From NCBI GenBank assembly GCA_036630325.1, contig CP142727.1, positions 806,001 through 870,000 of the forward strand: a stretch of 64,000 bases of DNA, written 5' to 3'. The notes beneath the pieces are model-generated. The model was not told where the DNA came from, did no database searches, and was given only the letters and a program-made list of their open reading frames with translations. Positions 49,903 to 58,750 of this stretch are shown in pieces. Every line of letters starts with the position of its first letter. Within the stretch, counting starts at the first letter, position 1. Source of the stretch: Vairimorpha necatrix. Taxonomy: Eukaryota. The translations under genes were made by a program, and so were the position numbers.

Positions 49903-50125
49903 TAAGTATTTTTGAGTGAACTTTGATAGTACGAGAGGAACTCTAAGTGATGACCACTGGTAGTGCGATTAACTATTAAGTTATGTTGCTTAGCTACGTC
50001 GTTTCGATTAAGGCTGAAAGCCTCTTAAGCCTGAAGCGTAGCTCAAAGATACATTTAGGAGAATACTACTCTTTTAAGCAGAACTGTAAGAATGAAGGTG
50101 TATGCCGACATTTTGAGGTTACTGC
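47648..50125 (+). rRNA. Microsporidian large-subunit rRNA (5.8S-equivalent fused at the 5' end)
   Basis: GAACTTAAGCATATC, GACCCGTCTTGAAACACGGACCAAGGAG, TTAAGGTAGCCAAATGCC, sarcin-ricin loop AGTACGAGAGGAAC; 3' end approximate. Confidence 0.96.
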
Positions 50126-50189
50126 TTTTTTTGTATGTATAGTAGGTGTTGTATACTATAAGAGAGCGTATTTTATGTATAGATTTGGT

Positions 50190-50257
50190 ACCCTTACAAG
50201 AGAGCGTCTACGTCGCGGAGGGCGGGACCGATGTTTTTTAACTAGGTGCAAATTTCT
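50190..50257 (+). ncRNA. HDV-like ribozyme, degenerate copy
   Basis: Same fold as 50616-50684 but with a weakened P1 and L3 TCTACGT; J4/2 GCAAA, P2 AGAGA/TTTCT. Confidence 0.6.
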
Positions 50258-50615
50258 AAGTCTTACCAACCTTCGGCTGCTGGTTGGTAAGTAGGGTCAG
50301 TTATACTCTAGGGGGGAGACCCATTGCTGGTGAGAAGGACACCGTTAACTTTCGAGTAATTCTTCATATTTTTAACCTGGGAGAGGTTGGGCATGATACT
50401 GAAGCTGTATTGTTCCGCTGAACTGAGTCGTGTTCTTAAATGGTGTATTATACCAGGCGTTATGTTTTCGTCAGGTCCGCGAAATATGTAGTCATATTAT
50501 GACTAAGGATGTATCCTTGGGAACAAACTTTTCTCCTACAAGCGAGGCCGTCAAGGTATGCTGGCGTGTAAGCGCACTTATTGATGATTTTTTCTTTATT
50601 AGTGGAGTTTTTGGT

Positions 50616-50684
50616 ACCCTCCACAAGAGAGCGTCCACGTCGCGGAGGGTGGGACCGATGTTTTTTAACTAGGTGCAGATCTCT
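50616..50684 (+). ncRNA. HDV-like self-cleaving ribozyme
   Basis: P1 ACCCTCC/GGAGGGT, P2 AGAGA/TCTCT, P3 GCG/CGC, L3 TCCACGT, P1.1 CC/GG, P4 ACC...GGT, J4/2 GCAGA with candidate catalytic C at 50676. Confidence 0.85.
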
Positions 50685-51112
50685 AAGTCTTACCAACCTT
50701 CGGCTGCTGGTTGGTAAGTAGGGTCAGCTATACTCTAGGGGTGGGAGACCCATTGCTGGTGAGAAGGACACCGTTAACTTTCGAGTAATTCTTCATATTT
50801 TTAACCTGGGAGAGGTTGGGCATGATACTGAAGCTGTATTGTTCCGCTGAACTGAGTCGTGTTCTTAAATGGCGTATTGAACCAGGCGTTGTGTTTTCGT
50901 CAGGTCCGCGAAATATGTAGTCAGAGATGACTAAGGATCTGTTACCTACGGGAACAAATTTTTCTCCTAAAAGCGAGGCCGTTGAGGTATGCTGGCGTGT
51001 AATCGCAATTATTGATGTTTTTCTGGTTGGTGGAGTTTTTGGTGGCTTGGTGGCTTTTCTTCGTTTTGCTGATTCTGTCCTTTTTTACAATAAACAATTT
51101 TATTTTTTTTTT
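50616..51112 (+). mobile_element. Non-autonomous ribozyme-headed element copy 2 (~500 bp, complete)
   Basis: Flanked by direct repeat TTAGTGGAGTTTTTGGT (50599-50615, 51113-51129); ends in AATAAAC plus a T-rich tail like the LINE. Confidence 0.82.
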
Positions 51113-51277
51113 TTAGTGGAGTTTTTGGTGGCTTGGGGGCTGTGGTAGACTACCACCTAGTAATCAGCAATGTAACCAATAATCAGCTTTTAAACAGTTT
51201 CATGTTGAAACTCAAGATTCTCATCAATAATCTAAAACAATAGTTTCATAATAAAATATAAAAGAGAAAATTTTGTA

Positions 51278-52323
51278 ATGAAGGGTAAAGCGCAACAAAC
51301 CAGGAGCAAGCTCAGTAGAGCAAAAAGTGACCACTTTGGTGGTCCAAACAACAATTTAGATACAGAAATGTATTTAAAACAACAAACTAAGCATGTATAT
51401 GCTAATAAAAGTTTCCCAAGTGTTACTTTCAAAAATGATGGAGAAATGAAATATTTTCTCAAGAAAATCAAAATTCTCTCAGAAAGAATTAATAAAAACG
51501 ATATTTTTGACACGTCAAAAAAAGAAAATAACAAAGATCTTCTTGATATTAAAAGATACATATCTAGCACTACTGAATTAGTATTGATTCAGCAGACATA
51601 TTTGGAGCTCTTCCATGATAAGCTAGAAAAACAAAATATCAAATTAAAAAATTTGAAAAAAAATAATCTGATGGATGACAGTAATCAAATTACAGAATCA
51701 ACAAAAAATAAAATTGAGATGATGATAGAGAATCACTCAAAAGAATGTGTAGAACAAAAGGATAATAACTCCGATGTTCCAAATGATACCAGTAGCGAAA
51801 CCCTTCAGTTAGCTACTGGAAACAATGATATTTCTAAATTAGAAATCATCAATGAAGATGTTTTAATTAATGTCAAAAATCTCCCATCTGCTGTCATAAA
51901 TCTCGACACTGCTGTCAAAGTAGAAGAACAAGATAAATTGTCAGAAGATGGCAAAAGAAAATGTATAGATGTTTCAAAGGCATCTACAGATATTATAATT
52001 AATAAAAATATTAAACCAAAAGATGGTAAGCTAGATATAGCTTCCATTAACAAAAAAGCAGTAGTTAGACATCTGTCAACTATCTCTGCTATTATAGCTG
52101 GTAAAAGAAAAGCTCCTAAGAATGGAGTCAAGCTTTTCCATATAAACGAAGACGGATGGACATCTGTCAAACACACATTCAAGCCTAAAGTCCAGATAGA
52201 CTTGAAGAAAAACAGAAGTGGTAAAACCACAGATAAAACCAACTTTAATAGATTTAAATCACTTAAAGTAGAAACTGGTGGCAATGTAAAAGTGCCTAAA
52301 AAGATTAATCATGAAGCTGTAAA
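51278..52323 (+). pseudogene. LINE copy B ORF1, 5' half
   Basis: Highly similar to the first ~340 aa of 52326-53999; ends at the TSD. Confidence 0.85.
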
Positions 52324-52325
52324 AT

Positions 52326-53999
52326 ATGAAGGGTGAGACAAAACAAACCAGGAGCGAGCTCAGTAGAGCAAAAAGTGACCACTTTGGTAGTCCAAACAAC
52401 AATTTAGATACAGAAATGTATTTAAAACAACAAACTAAGCATGTATATGCTAATAAAAGTTTCCCAAGTGTTACTTTCAAAAATGATGGAGAAATGAAAT
52501 ATTTTCTCAAGAAAATCAAAATTCTCTCAGAAAGAATTAATAAAAATGATATTTTTGACACGTCAAAAAAAGAAAATAACAAAGATCTTATTGATCTTAA
52601 AAGATACATATCTAGCACAACTGAATTAGTATTTATTCAGCAGACATATTTGGAGCTCTTCCATGACAAGCTAGAAAAACAAAATATCAAATTAAAAAAT
52701 TTGATTAAAAATAATCTGATGGATGACAGTAATCAAATTACCGAATCATCCAAAAATAAAATCGAGATAATGATTGAGAATCACTCAAAAGAATGTGTAG
52801 AACAAAAGGATAATAACTCCGATGTTCCAAATGATACCAGTAGCGAAACCCTTCAGTTAGCTACTGGAAACAATGATATTTCTCAACTAAAAATCATCAA
52901 TGAAGATGTTTTAATTAATGTCAAAAATATCGTGTCTGCTGTCAAAGCAGAAGAGGAAGATCGATTGTCGGAAGATGGCAAAAGAAAATGTATAGGTGTC
53001 TCAAATGCGTCTACAAATATTGTTATTAATAAAAATATTAAAACAAAAGATGTTAAGCTAGACTTAGCCTCCATTAATAAAAAAGCAGTAGTTAGACATC
53101 TGTCAACTATCTCTGCTATTATAGCTGGTAAAAGAAAAGCTCCTAAGAATGGAGTAAAACTTTACCATACAAATGAAGACGGATGGACATCTGTCAAACA
53201 CACATTCAAGCCTAAAGTCCAGATAGACTTGAAGAAAAACAGAAGTGTCAACCCCACGTATAAATCCAACTTTAATAGATTTAAATCACTTAAAGTAGAA
53301 ATCGGTGGCAATATAAAAGTGCCCAAAAATACTATTTATGAAGTTTTAAGGAGAAAATTTATCATTCCTAAAAAAGATCATGAAAAAAGAAGATCACAAA
53401 ATCGTAAAAAAAATTCTACCCCCAAAATGGAGAACAAAAAAGGTGAGAAATCTCAGAAAAAGGGAAGCTCAGTTTTACCAAAGAAAAACTGGGCTGAAGG
53501 GCTATCAGACGAAGCTCTCATGAAAATTATTAAGGGTGGTAGATACATATCTAAATGCAAGTTCAAGTTAGCTCTTGTGTCTGGACTCGGGTTGGAAGGG
53601 AAGCCCCAATCTAGAGATGCCTGGGCAGCGATGATGGAAGTGCAAAGCAAAGATATTACCCTTATAAAACAATTTAAAGAGTCAGAAGTAGTACTCATGA
53701 TGATTAGAGAAAACGTGTGCCAAAAGGTACTTAAAAAAATTAAAGAAAGATTTGTAGGTTCCGACATCTGCGATGATGAAGAATTCTTTGCTGGCTTCTT
53801 ATCTTTTAATAAATCAATTGTTCTTGGAGAACTACTGAGACTCTCCGGAACACATAAAAAGTTTGTACCACTTGTGAAAGCATGTAGGTACATAACTAAA
53901 GAATTGAATAAAGAAAGTCCCGAATACGATTCCTTTATTTACTTAAAAAAAATGATGGGTGAACCTGCCCGAGAATTCAAGGACTTTAATAATGAATAA
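52326..53999 (+). CDS. LINE ORF1 protein, 557 aa, basic, with a probable coiled coil and possible RRM-like C-terminal domain
   Basis: Long open frame directly upstream of and overlapping ORF2; domain calls are inference. Confidence 0.85.
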   Translation: MKGETKQTRSELSRAKSDHFGSPNNNLDTEMYLKQQTKHVYANKSFPSVTFKNDGEMKYFLKKIKILSERINKNDIFDTSKKENNKDLIDLKRYISSTTELVFIQQTYLELFHDKLEKQNIKLKNLIKNNLMDDSNQITESSKNKIEIMIENHSKECVEQKDNNSDVPNDTSSETLQLATGNNDISQLKIINEDVLINVKNIVSAVKAEEEDRLSEDGKRKCIGVSNASTNIVINKNIKTKDVKLDLASINKKAVVRHLSTISAIIAGKRKAPKNGVKLYHTNEDGWTSVKHTFKPKVQIDLKKNRSVNPTYKSNFNRFKSLKVEIGGNIKVPKNTIYEVLRRKFIIPKKDHEKRRSQNRKKNSTPKMENKKGEKSQKKGSSVLPKKNWAEGLSDEALMKIIKGGRYISKCKFKLALVSGLGLEGKPQSRDAWAAMMEVQSKDITLIKQFKESEVVLMMIRENVCQKVLKKIKERFVGSDICDDEEFFAGFLSFNKSIVLGELLRLSGTHKKFVPLVKACRYITKELNKESPEYDSFIYLKKMMGEPAREFKDFNNE

Positions 54000-56900
54000 A
54001 GTATCTTTGCTAAAGTCCTGTTTTTATAGGAAATTATTTTCTTATAACAAAAGCGATATTTTTAAATCTTTAAATAAAAAAATGCATAATCCAATTGGTT
54101 ATTATAAATTAAAAAATACTTTCAAAACACCAAGGAGACTGAATAGTTTCAAATATTTTTCTATTAGAAAGAATATATGGTGGAAGAAAGTACAAGAAAA
54201 ATATCGTATTGTCAAGATACAAAGAATTCCTTATGGAGTGAAAGATCTCCTCAAAGACTTATGTAAGAAGAAATCTCTTTTGGAGAATTCCATCATTACA
54301 GCAAGAAAGTATAGACGAAGAGACACGTCTTTTACAAAAATAATAGTTGAAAAACTATACGCAAATTCATTGATTAAGACAGTTAAAGCTAAAGGCTTTA
54401 AAGTTTTAAATGATAATAGAAAAGAACTAGAGAAATCTAGTAAAGTAAATAAAAAGACCAAAGAGAACATAAAACTCTTAAGTCTAAACATTAATCATCT
54501 CTCCAATAAGAGAGAAGAACTTGAGTTTCTTCTTAAGAAGGAGAAGCCAGAAATCATGTGTTTACAGGAAACTTGGAGACAATCTACAAGACCTTTAAAA
54601 CTTGAAAAATACACTACAGTTGAAACACCTAGTGGTGGAAAAAATAAACCAGGATTAATAACTCTGGTTAGAAATAATGGAGCGATCAGATGTTCCAAAA
54701 AAGGAACAGACTCAAATATCCTGCAAACCGTAGTTGAGTTTAGTTCCGCAGGCAAATGGATTAAGTATTTAGTCTTAAATGTCTACATACCACAAGACAA
54801 GGATCTCAAGAGGGAGACCTTGGCCAGATTACTTTCTCTTTTAGAAAAAGAGAATTTCAGAAATAACTATAGTGAGATCATAGTGATGGGAGATATGAAT
54901 ATGCAGAGTTCTAGTCTCAAGAAAAAACTAAATGTAGTTGGTTTGCCAGTTACAATAAAATATAACAGCAACGATGGTACAAGGATCCTCAAAGATGGTA
55001 AAAGATCTAAGAGGAAAATTGATACCATCTTTCGACTAAAAAGTAATGATAATGAGAAGATCATTATATCCAAGTCTTGGGTATTAAGTGATCACTTAGT
55101 GCTCAAAAGAAAAATTAAACTTGCCGTTGATAAGATCTCAGATCAACTAGTTTATGATAAGAAGATGCTGGAAAATCTAAAAGTGATTAAAAAGCTTAAA
55201 AGGAAGTTGAGTAATCAACAATTAAACATGAATAATCTTCCTGAGATTATTCAAAAAGTTTGTACATCGTTAAAGATTTACAGAAAGAAAAAAGTCCATA
55301 CTGGACTTACAATGAGATGGAGATATTTAAAAGTCTTCAAAGAAAGACGTCTAGCAGCAAGAGCTGTTATGAAAAATTACAACGAAATCAACTCAATTAG
55401 ATTCGAATATCTCAAAAAGAGAGTAGACGAAACTAAAAAGTTGATTCGCAAAGATAGATCGAAACTTTGGGCTTTAAGAGGAATAAAGCTCTTTAAAAGT
55501 AATAGATCCCGAGAATTCTGGCAATGGCTGAAAAATAGAAGTGTTTCCATTCGTTTGGATCAAGTGGCTCTAATTGACCACAATAAGCTTCTTCAGACTT
55601 GCCGAGCAAAGAAGCTAGAAATAGCGAATAAATTTTACGCCGAATTAGCGTCAGAGAATGATATAGATGTCAATGCCTATGATAAAGTAGATCTTGTTGA
55701 TCTTCCCCCAGAGATAACAGATGAAGAATTTCTATCCGCACTGAATAAATGTGGAAATAACAAAGCAGCCGGTCCTGATGAGATTCCAACCGAGCTATAC
55801 AAACACTTACTGACTAGAGCAGTAGAAGATAAATTCTTTAAATTCATGCTACATGAATTTAATAAATATATTTGTGGAAATAGTCCTCCTGAATACTGGA
55901 GCATGGCAAACATGATTTGCCTCCACAAAAAAGGAGATGAGACAGATCTAAATAACTATAGGGGAATCTCCTTAATTAACACAATTAGTAAGATCTATCT
56001 CAAGATAATAAATGACAGGTTAACTCAATTTGTCGAAGAACAAGATATACTCTCTAGATACCAAGCAGGATTCCGAGCAGGTGAAGAGTGTATGAATCAG
56101 ATTACATCTCTACTAGAAATAGTGAGAAGAAGAGAATTCAGAGGCCTGAACACAATAATGTGTTTTATTGACTTTGAAAAAGCTTATGATAATGTAAGTC
56201 ATGACTTATTATTTGAGAAGCTTACAAAACTTAATATCCCATTGTATTTAATCAATACAATAAAGGATATTTATAAATATACCACCATGCGTGTGAAAAT
56301 TGGTGGTGACACGTCAAGTGGCTATAGCTACAGAAAAGGAGTGAGACAAGGGTGCCCTTGTTCTCCAATGCTGTTCAATTTATTTATCAATGATATTTTT
56401 GACGGCATAGAAGGAGTTTTGATCCCAAGATCAAATACGAGAGTTCCGGGACTGATGTTCGCAGATGATATTGTTGTCTTCGGAAACAACATTGATGATC
56501 TTAATAATAAGATCAATAGAATTTCTAATTGGGCGGTTAATAACAGAATGAAGATTAACTGCACAAAAAGCGGAGTATTAGAATGGAATGCTCATTCTAA
56601 CATACAAGAATTCCGAAGTTTGTATTCTCTCAGTACAGACTTTGGTGTGATTGAAGAAGTCACTGAATACAGATATCTAGGTGTCTTAATTAAAAGAAAC
56701 ACGCTAGAAGAACATTTGGTCAAAGACGCAGCAATGCGTGGCAAGAAAGCCTTAGACGCCTTGATGCCCAAGTTGATGAATAATAGCATCAACCTTTACT
56801 TCAAGGCGATCTTAATCAAATGTGTACTAGTACCCACACTAATGTATGGTAGTGAACTGTGGGGAATGTCAAGTACAAGAGCAGGTAAGATTAACAGGAT

Positions 56901-57684
56901 CTTGAGAAAATCTATCAGAATGATATTCAAAAGAGTATTAGTTCCACTAGATAGAGTAATGGACGAGTTCAGTATCGAACGAATTCATATACAAGCAGCT
57001 TTAAGTAGATTTAGAGCATACAACAAGTGGAAACACAATAAGACAATCATATCGGATATAATTGCAATAAATCCGAAAGAAAGAAAAACTACCTGGTGTT
57101 CAAGAACACAAAGATGGTTAAAACGATTTGTCGGCGACGAATACGAATCAAGTGATAGTAAATTTATCACTTCAAAAATAATTGATGTACTAAGAAGTCG
57201 AAGAACTCTAAATACTTCCTTAGCTGCATCAATAGCAAACCAATATGACATAAGAAATTCACAAATAAAATATGTCATGAACAAAATAAATAATAGAAAA
57301 ATTAGAACATATACTAGATTGAGATGTAATCTAGTAAAGTGGTCCTCAGCAATAGCATATTCAAAAAGAATACCAATGAGTTATAGAAACAAATGCTTTT
57401 TGTGTGATGGACCACAAGAAAATTTAGAACACTTTCTGCTGGAGTGCGTCTGTTTAACTGACATTAGATCATCTTTTGAAAATAAACTGCCTCTACTGAC
57501 TTGTTCAAAAACAAATATCCGAGATAAAACCAAGCAACTCCTTGGTAATAAAATCGGACTAAAAAATAACCCAGATAAGATAAAAGAACTTTGTTGCACT
57601 ATAGAGTTCTTAGATAGAATGGTTGTCTCTAGAAGAATTATGATTAATAACAAACTGAAGGAGATAACGAAACAAAATAATTAA
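53992..57684 (+). CDS. LINE ORF2: AP endonuclease, reverse transcriptase, C-terminal CCHC finger
   Basis: LSLNI, CLQET, MGDMN, KIDT, LSDH (APE); NYRGISL, QAGFR, FIDFEKAYD, GVRQG, FADD, YRYLG (RT); CFLCDGPQENLEHFLLEC. First ATG at 53992 (the track starts at GTG 53959). Confidence 0.96.
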   Translation: MNKVSLLKSCFYRKLFSYNKSDIFKSLNKKMHNPIGYYKLKNTFKTPRRLNSFKYFSIRKNIWWKKVQEKYRIVKIQRIPYGVKDLLKDLCKKKSLLENSIITARKYRRRDTSFTKIIVEKLYANSLIKTVKAKGFKVLNDNRKELEKSSKVNKKTKENIKLLSLNINHLSNKREELEFLLKKEKPEIMCLQETWRQSTRPLKLEKYTTVETPSGGKNKPGLITLVRNNGAIRCSKKGTDSNILQTVVEFSSAGKWIKYLVLNVYIPQDKDLKRETLARLLSLLEKENFRNNYSEIIVMGDMNMQSSSLKKKLNVVGLPVTIKYNSNDGTRILKDGKRSKRKIDTIFRLKSNDNEKIIISKSWVLSDHLVLKRKIKLAVDKISDQLVYDKKMLENLKVIKKLKRKLSNQQLNMNNLPEIIQKVCTSLKIYRKKKVHTGLTMRWRYLKVFKERRLAARAVMKNYNEINSIRFEYLKKRVDETKKLIRKDRSKLWALRGIKLFKSNRSREFWQWLKNRSVSIRLDQVALIDHNKLLQTCRAKKLEIANKFYAELASENDIDVNAYDKVDLVDLPPEITDEEFLSALNKCGNNKAAGPDEIPTELYKHLLTRAVEDKFFKFMLHEFNKYICGNSPPEYWSMANMICLHKKGDETDLNNYRGISLINTISKIYLKIINDRLTQFVEEQDILSRYQAGFRAGEECMNQITSLLEIVRRREFRGLNTIMCFIDFEKAYDNVSHDLLFEKLTKLNIPLYLINTIKDIYKYTTMRVKIGGDTSSGYSYRKGVRQGCPCSPMLFNLFINDIFDGIEGVLIPRSNTRVPGLMFADDIVVFGNNIDDLNNKINRISNWAVNNRMKINCTKSGVLEWNAHSNIQEFRSLYSLSTDFGVIEEVTEYRYLGVLIKRNTLEEHLVKDAAMRGKKALDALMPKLMNNSINLYFKAILIKCVLVPTLMYGSELWGMSSTRAGKINRILRKSIRMIFKRVLVPLDRVMDEFSIERIHIQAALSRFRAYNKWKHNKTIISDIIAINPKERKTTWCSRTQRWLKRFVGDEYESSDSKFITSKIIDVLRSRRTLNTSLAASIANQYDIRNSQIKYVMNKINNRKIRTYTRLRCNLVKWSSAIAYSKRIPMSYRNKCFLCDGPQENLEHFLLECVCLTDIRSSFENKLPLLTCSKTNIRDKTKQLLGNKIGLKNNPDKIKELCCTIEFLDRMVVSRRIMINNKLKEITKQNN

Positions 57685-57772
57685 TATAGCTTAATTAAAA
57701 AAAATGAAGATCTAGAATTAGAAGAAAGAAGTGTTATATTATTAACAAAAAGACTTATATTTATTTATATTT

Positions 57773-58085
57773 GACCTGGGAGAGGTCGGGCATGATACTG
57801 ATGCTGTATTGTTCCGCTGAACTGAGTCGTGTTCTTAAATGGTGTATTGAGCCAGGCGTTTTCGTTTTTCATCAGACCCATGAAAGTGGGTCTCTAGTCA
57901 TATTATGACTAAGGATGTATCCTATGGGAACAAACTTTTCTCCTACAAGCGAGGCCGTTAAGGTATGCTGGCGTGTAAACGCAATTATTGATGATTTTCT
58001 GGTTGGTGGAGTTTTTGGTGGCTTGGTGGCTTTTCTTCGTTTTGCTGATTCTGTCTTTTTACAATAAACATTTTTATTTTTATTT
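57773..58085 (+). repeat. Structured 3' UTR block shared by both LINE copies and both short elements
   Basis: Four copies starting at 50374, 50803, 57773 and 62517, with conserved stems. Confidence 0.88.
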
Positions 58086-58101
58086 ATCATGAAGCTGTAA
58101 A

Positions 58102-58750
58102 GAGAAAAGATAACATTCCTAAAAGAGATCATGAAAAAAGAAGATTACTAAATCAGAAAATAAATTTTACAAAAAAAACGAAGGACAGAAAAAATGAGAA
58201 ATGTCAACAAAAAAGAAGGCCAGTTTTACCAAAGAAAAACTGGGCCAAAGAGCTAACTGAAGAAGCTCTTATGAAAATTATAAAGGATGGTAGAATTATT
58301 TCCAAATGTAAGTTTAGGCTAGCTCTTGCTTCTGGACTCGGATTGAAAGGGAAACCTCAATCTAGAGACGCTTGGGCAGCCTTAGCTGATGTGGAAAATA
58401 AAGATATACCACTTATAAAACAATTTAAAGACTCGGAAGTAGTACTTCTGATGATTAGAGAACACGTGTGCCAAAAGGTACTAAGCAAGATTAAAGAAAA
58501 GTTCGGAGGTTCTAATATCTGCGATGAAGTTAATTTCTTCATCGACTTTTTGTCTTTAACAAAAACAACTGTTCTAGGAGAGCTGCAAAGACTCTCTGGA
58601 ACGCATAAAAATTTTGTACCGCTTGTAAAAGCATGTTGGTACATAACTAAAGAATTAAATAAAGAAAAGCCAAACCATGGTTCTTTCATTTATTTAGAAA
58701 ATATGATGGGTGAGCCTGCCCGAGAATCTAAGGACTTTAACAATGAATAA
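58102..58750 (+). pseudogene. LINE copy B ORF1, 3' half
   Basis: KRKDNIPKRDHEKRR...PKKNWA...DFNNE, collinear with copy A ORF1. Confidence 0.85.

Larger units (their letters stand above)
50190..51136 (+). mobile_element. Non-autonomous ribozyme-headed element copy 1 (interrupted by copy 2)
   Basis: Same 5' start as copy 2; from 50374 homologous to the LINE 3' UTR; resumes at ~51113-51136 after copy 2. Confidence 0.72.
52324..58085 (+). mobile_element. APE-RT LINE copy A (both ORFs intact)
   Basis: 16-bp TSD ATCATGAAGCTGTAAA (52308-52323, 58086-58101); (TTTTTA)-type tail; begins 2 nt before the ORF1 ATG. Confidence 0.93.

Noticed and set aside
46702-50294. ORFs listed inside the rRNA genes
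   Set aside because: Incidental frames overlapping SSU/LSU.
50186-51110. Ordinary rDNA spacer tandem repeat
   Set aside because: The second unit is flanked by a TSD, and most of the unit is LINE 3' UTR.
51141-51156. TGTGGTAG/CTACCAC hairpin as the start of an LTR
   Set aside because: No matching LTR end or TSD; the sequence runs straight into LINE ORF1.
51278-53999. Tandem duplication of a host gene, or a LINE with two ORF1s
   Set aside because: The 16-bp TSD and in-frame rejoining with 58102-58750 show a nested insertion.
57850-57900. Minus-strand hammerhead ribozyme (CTGATGA...GAAA)
   Set aside because: No stem II, no NUH/stem III, and GAAA is not kept at that position in the short-element copies.
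57988-58050. Box C/D snoRNA (TGATGA...CTGA)
   Set aside because: The boxes are not conserved in the other three copies and there is no terminal stem.
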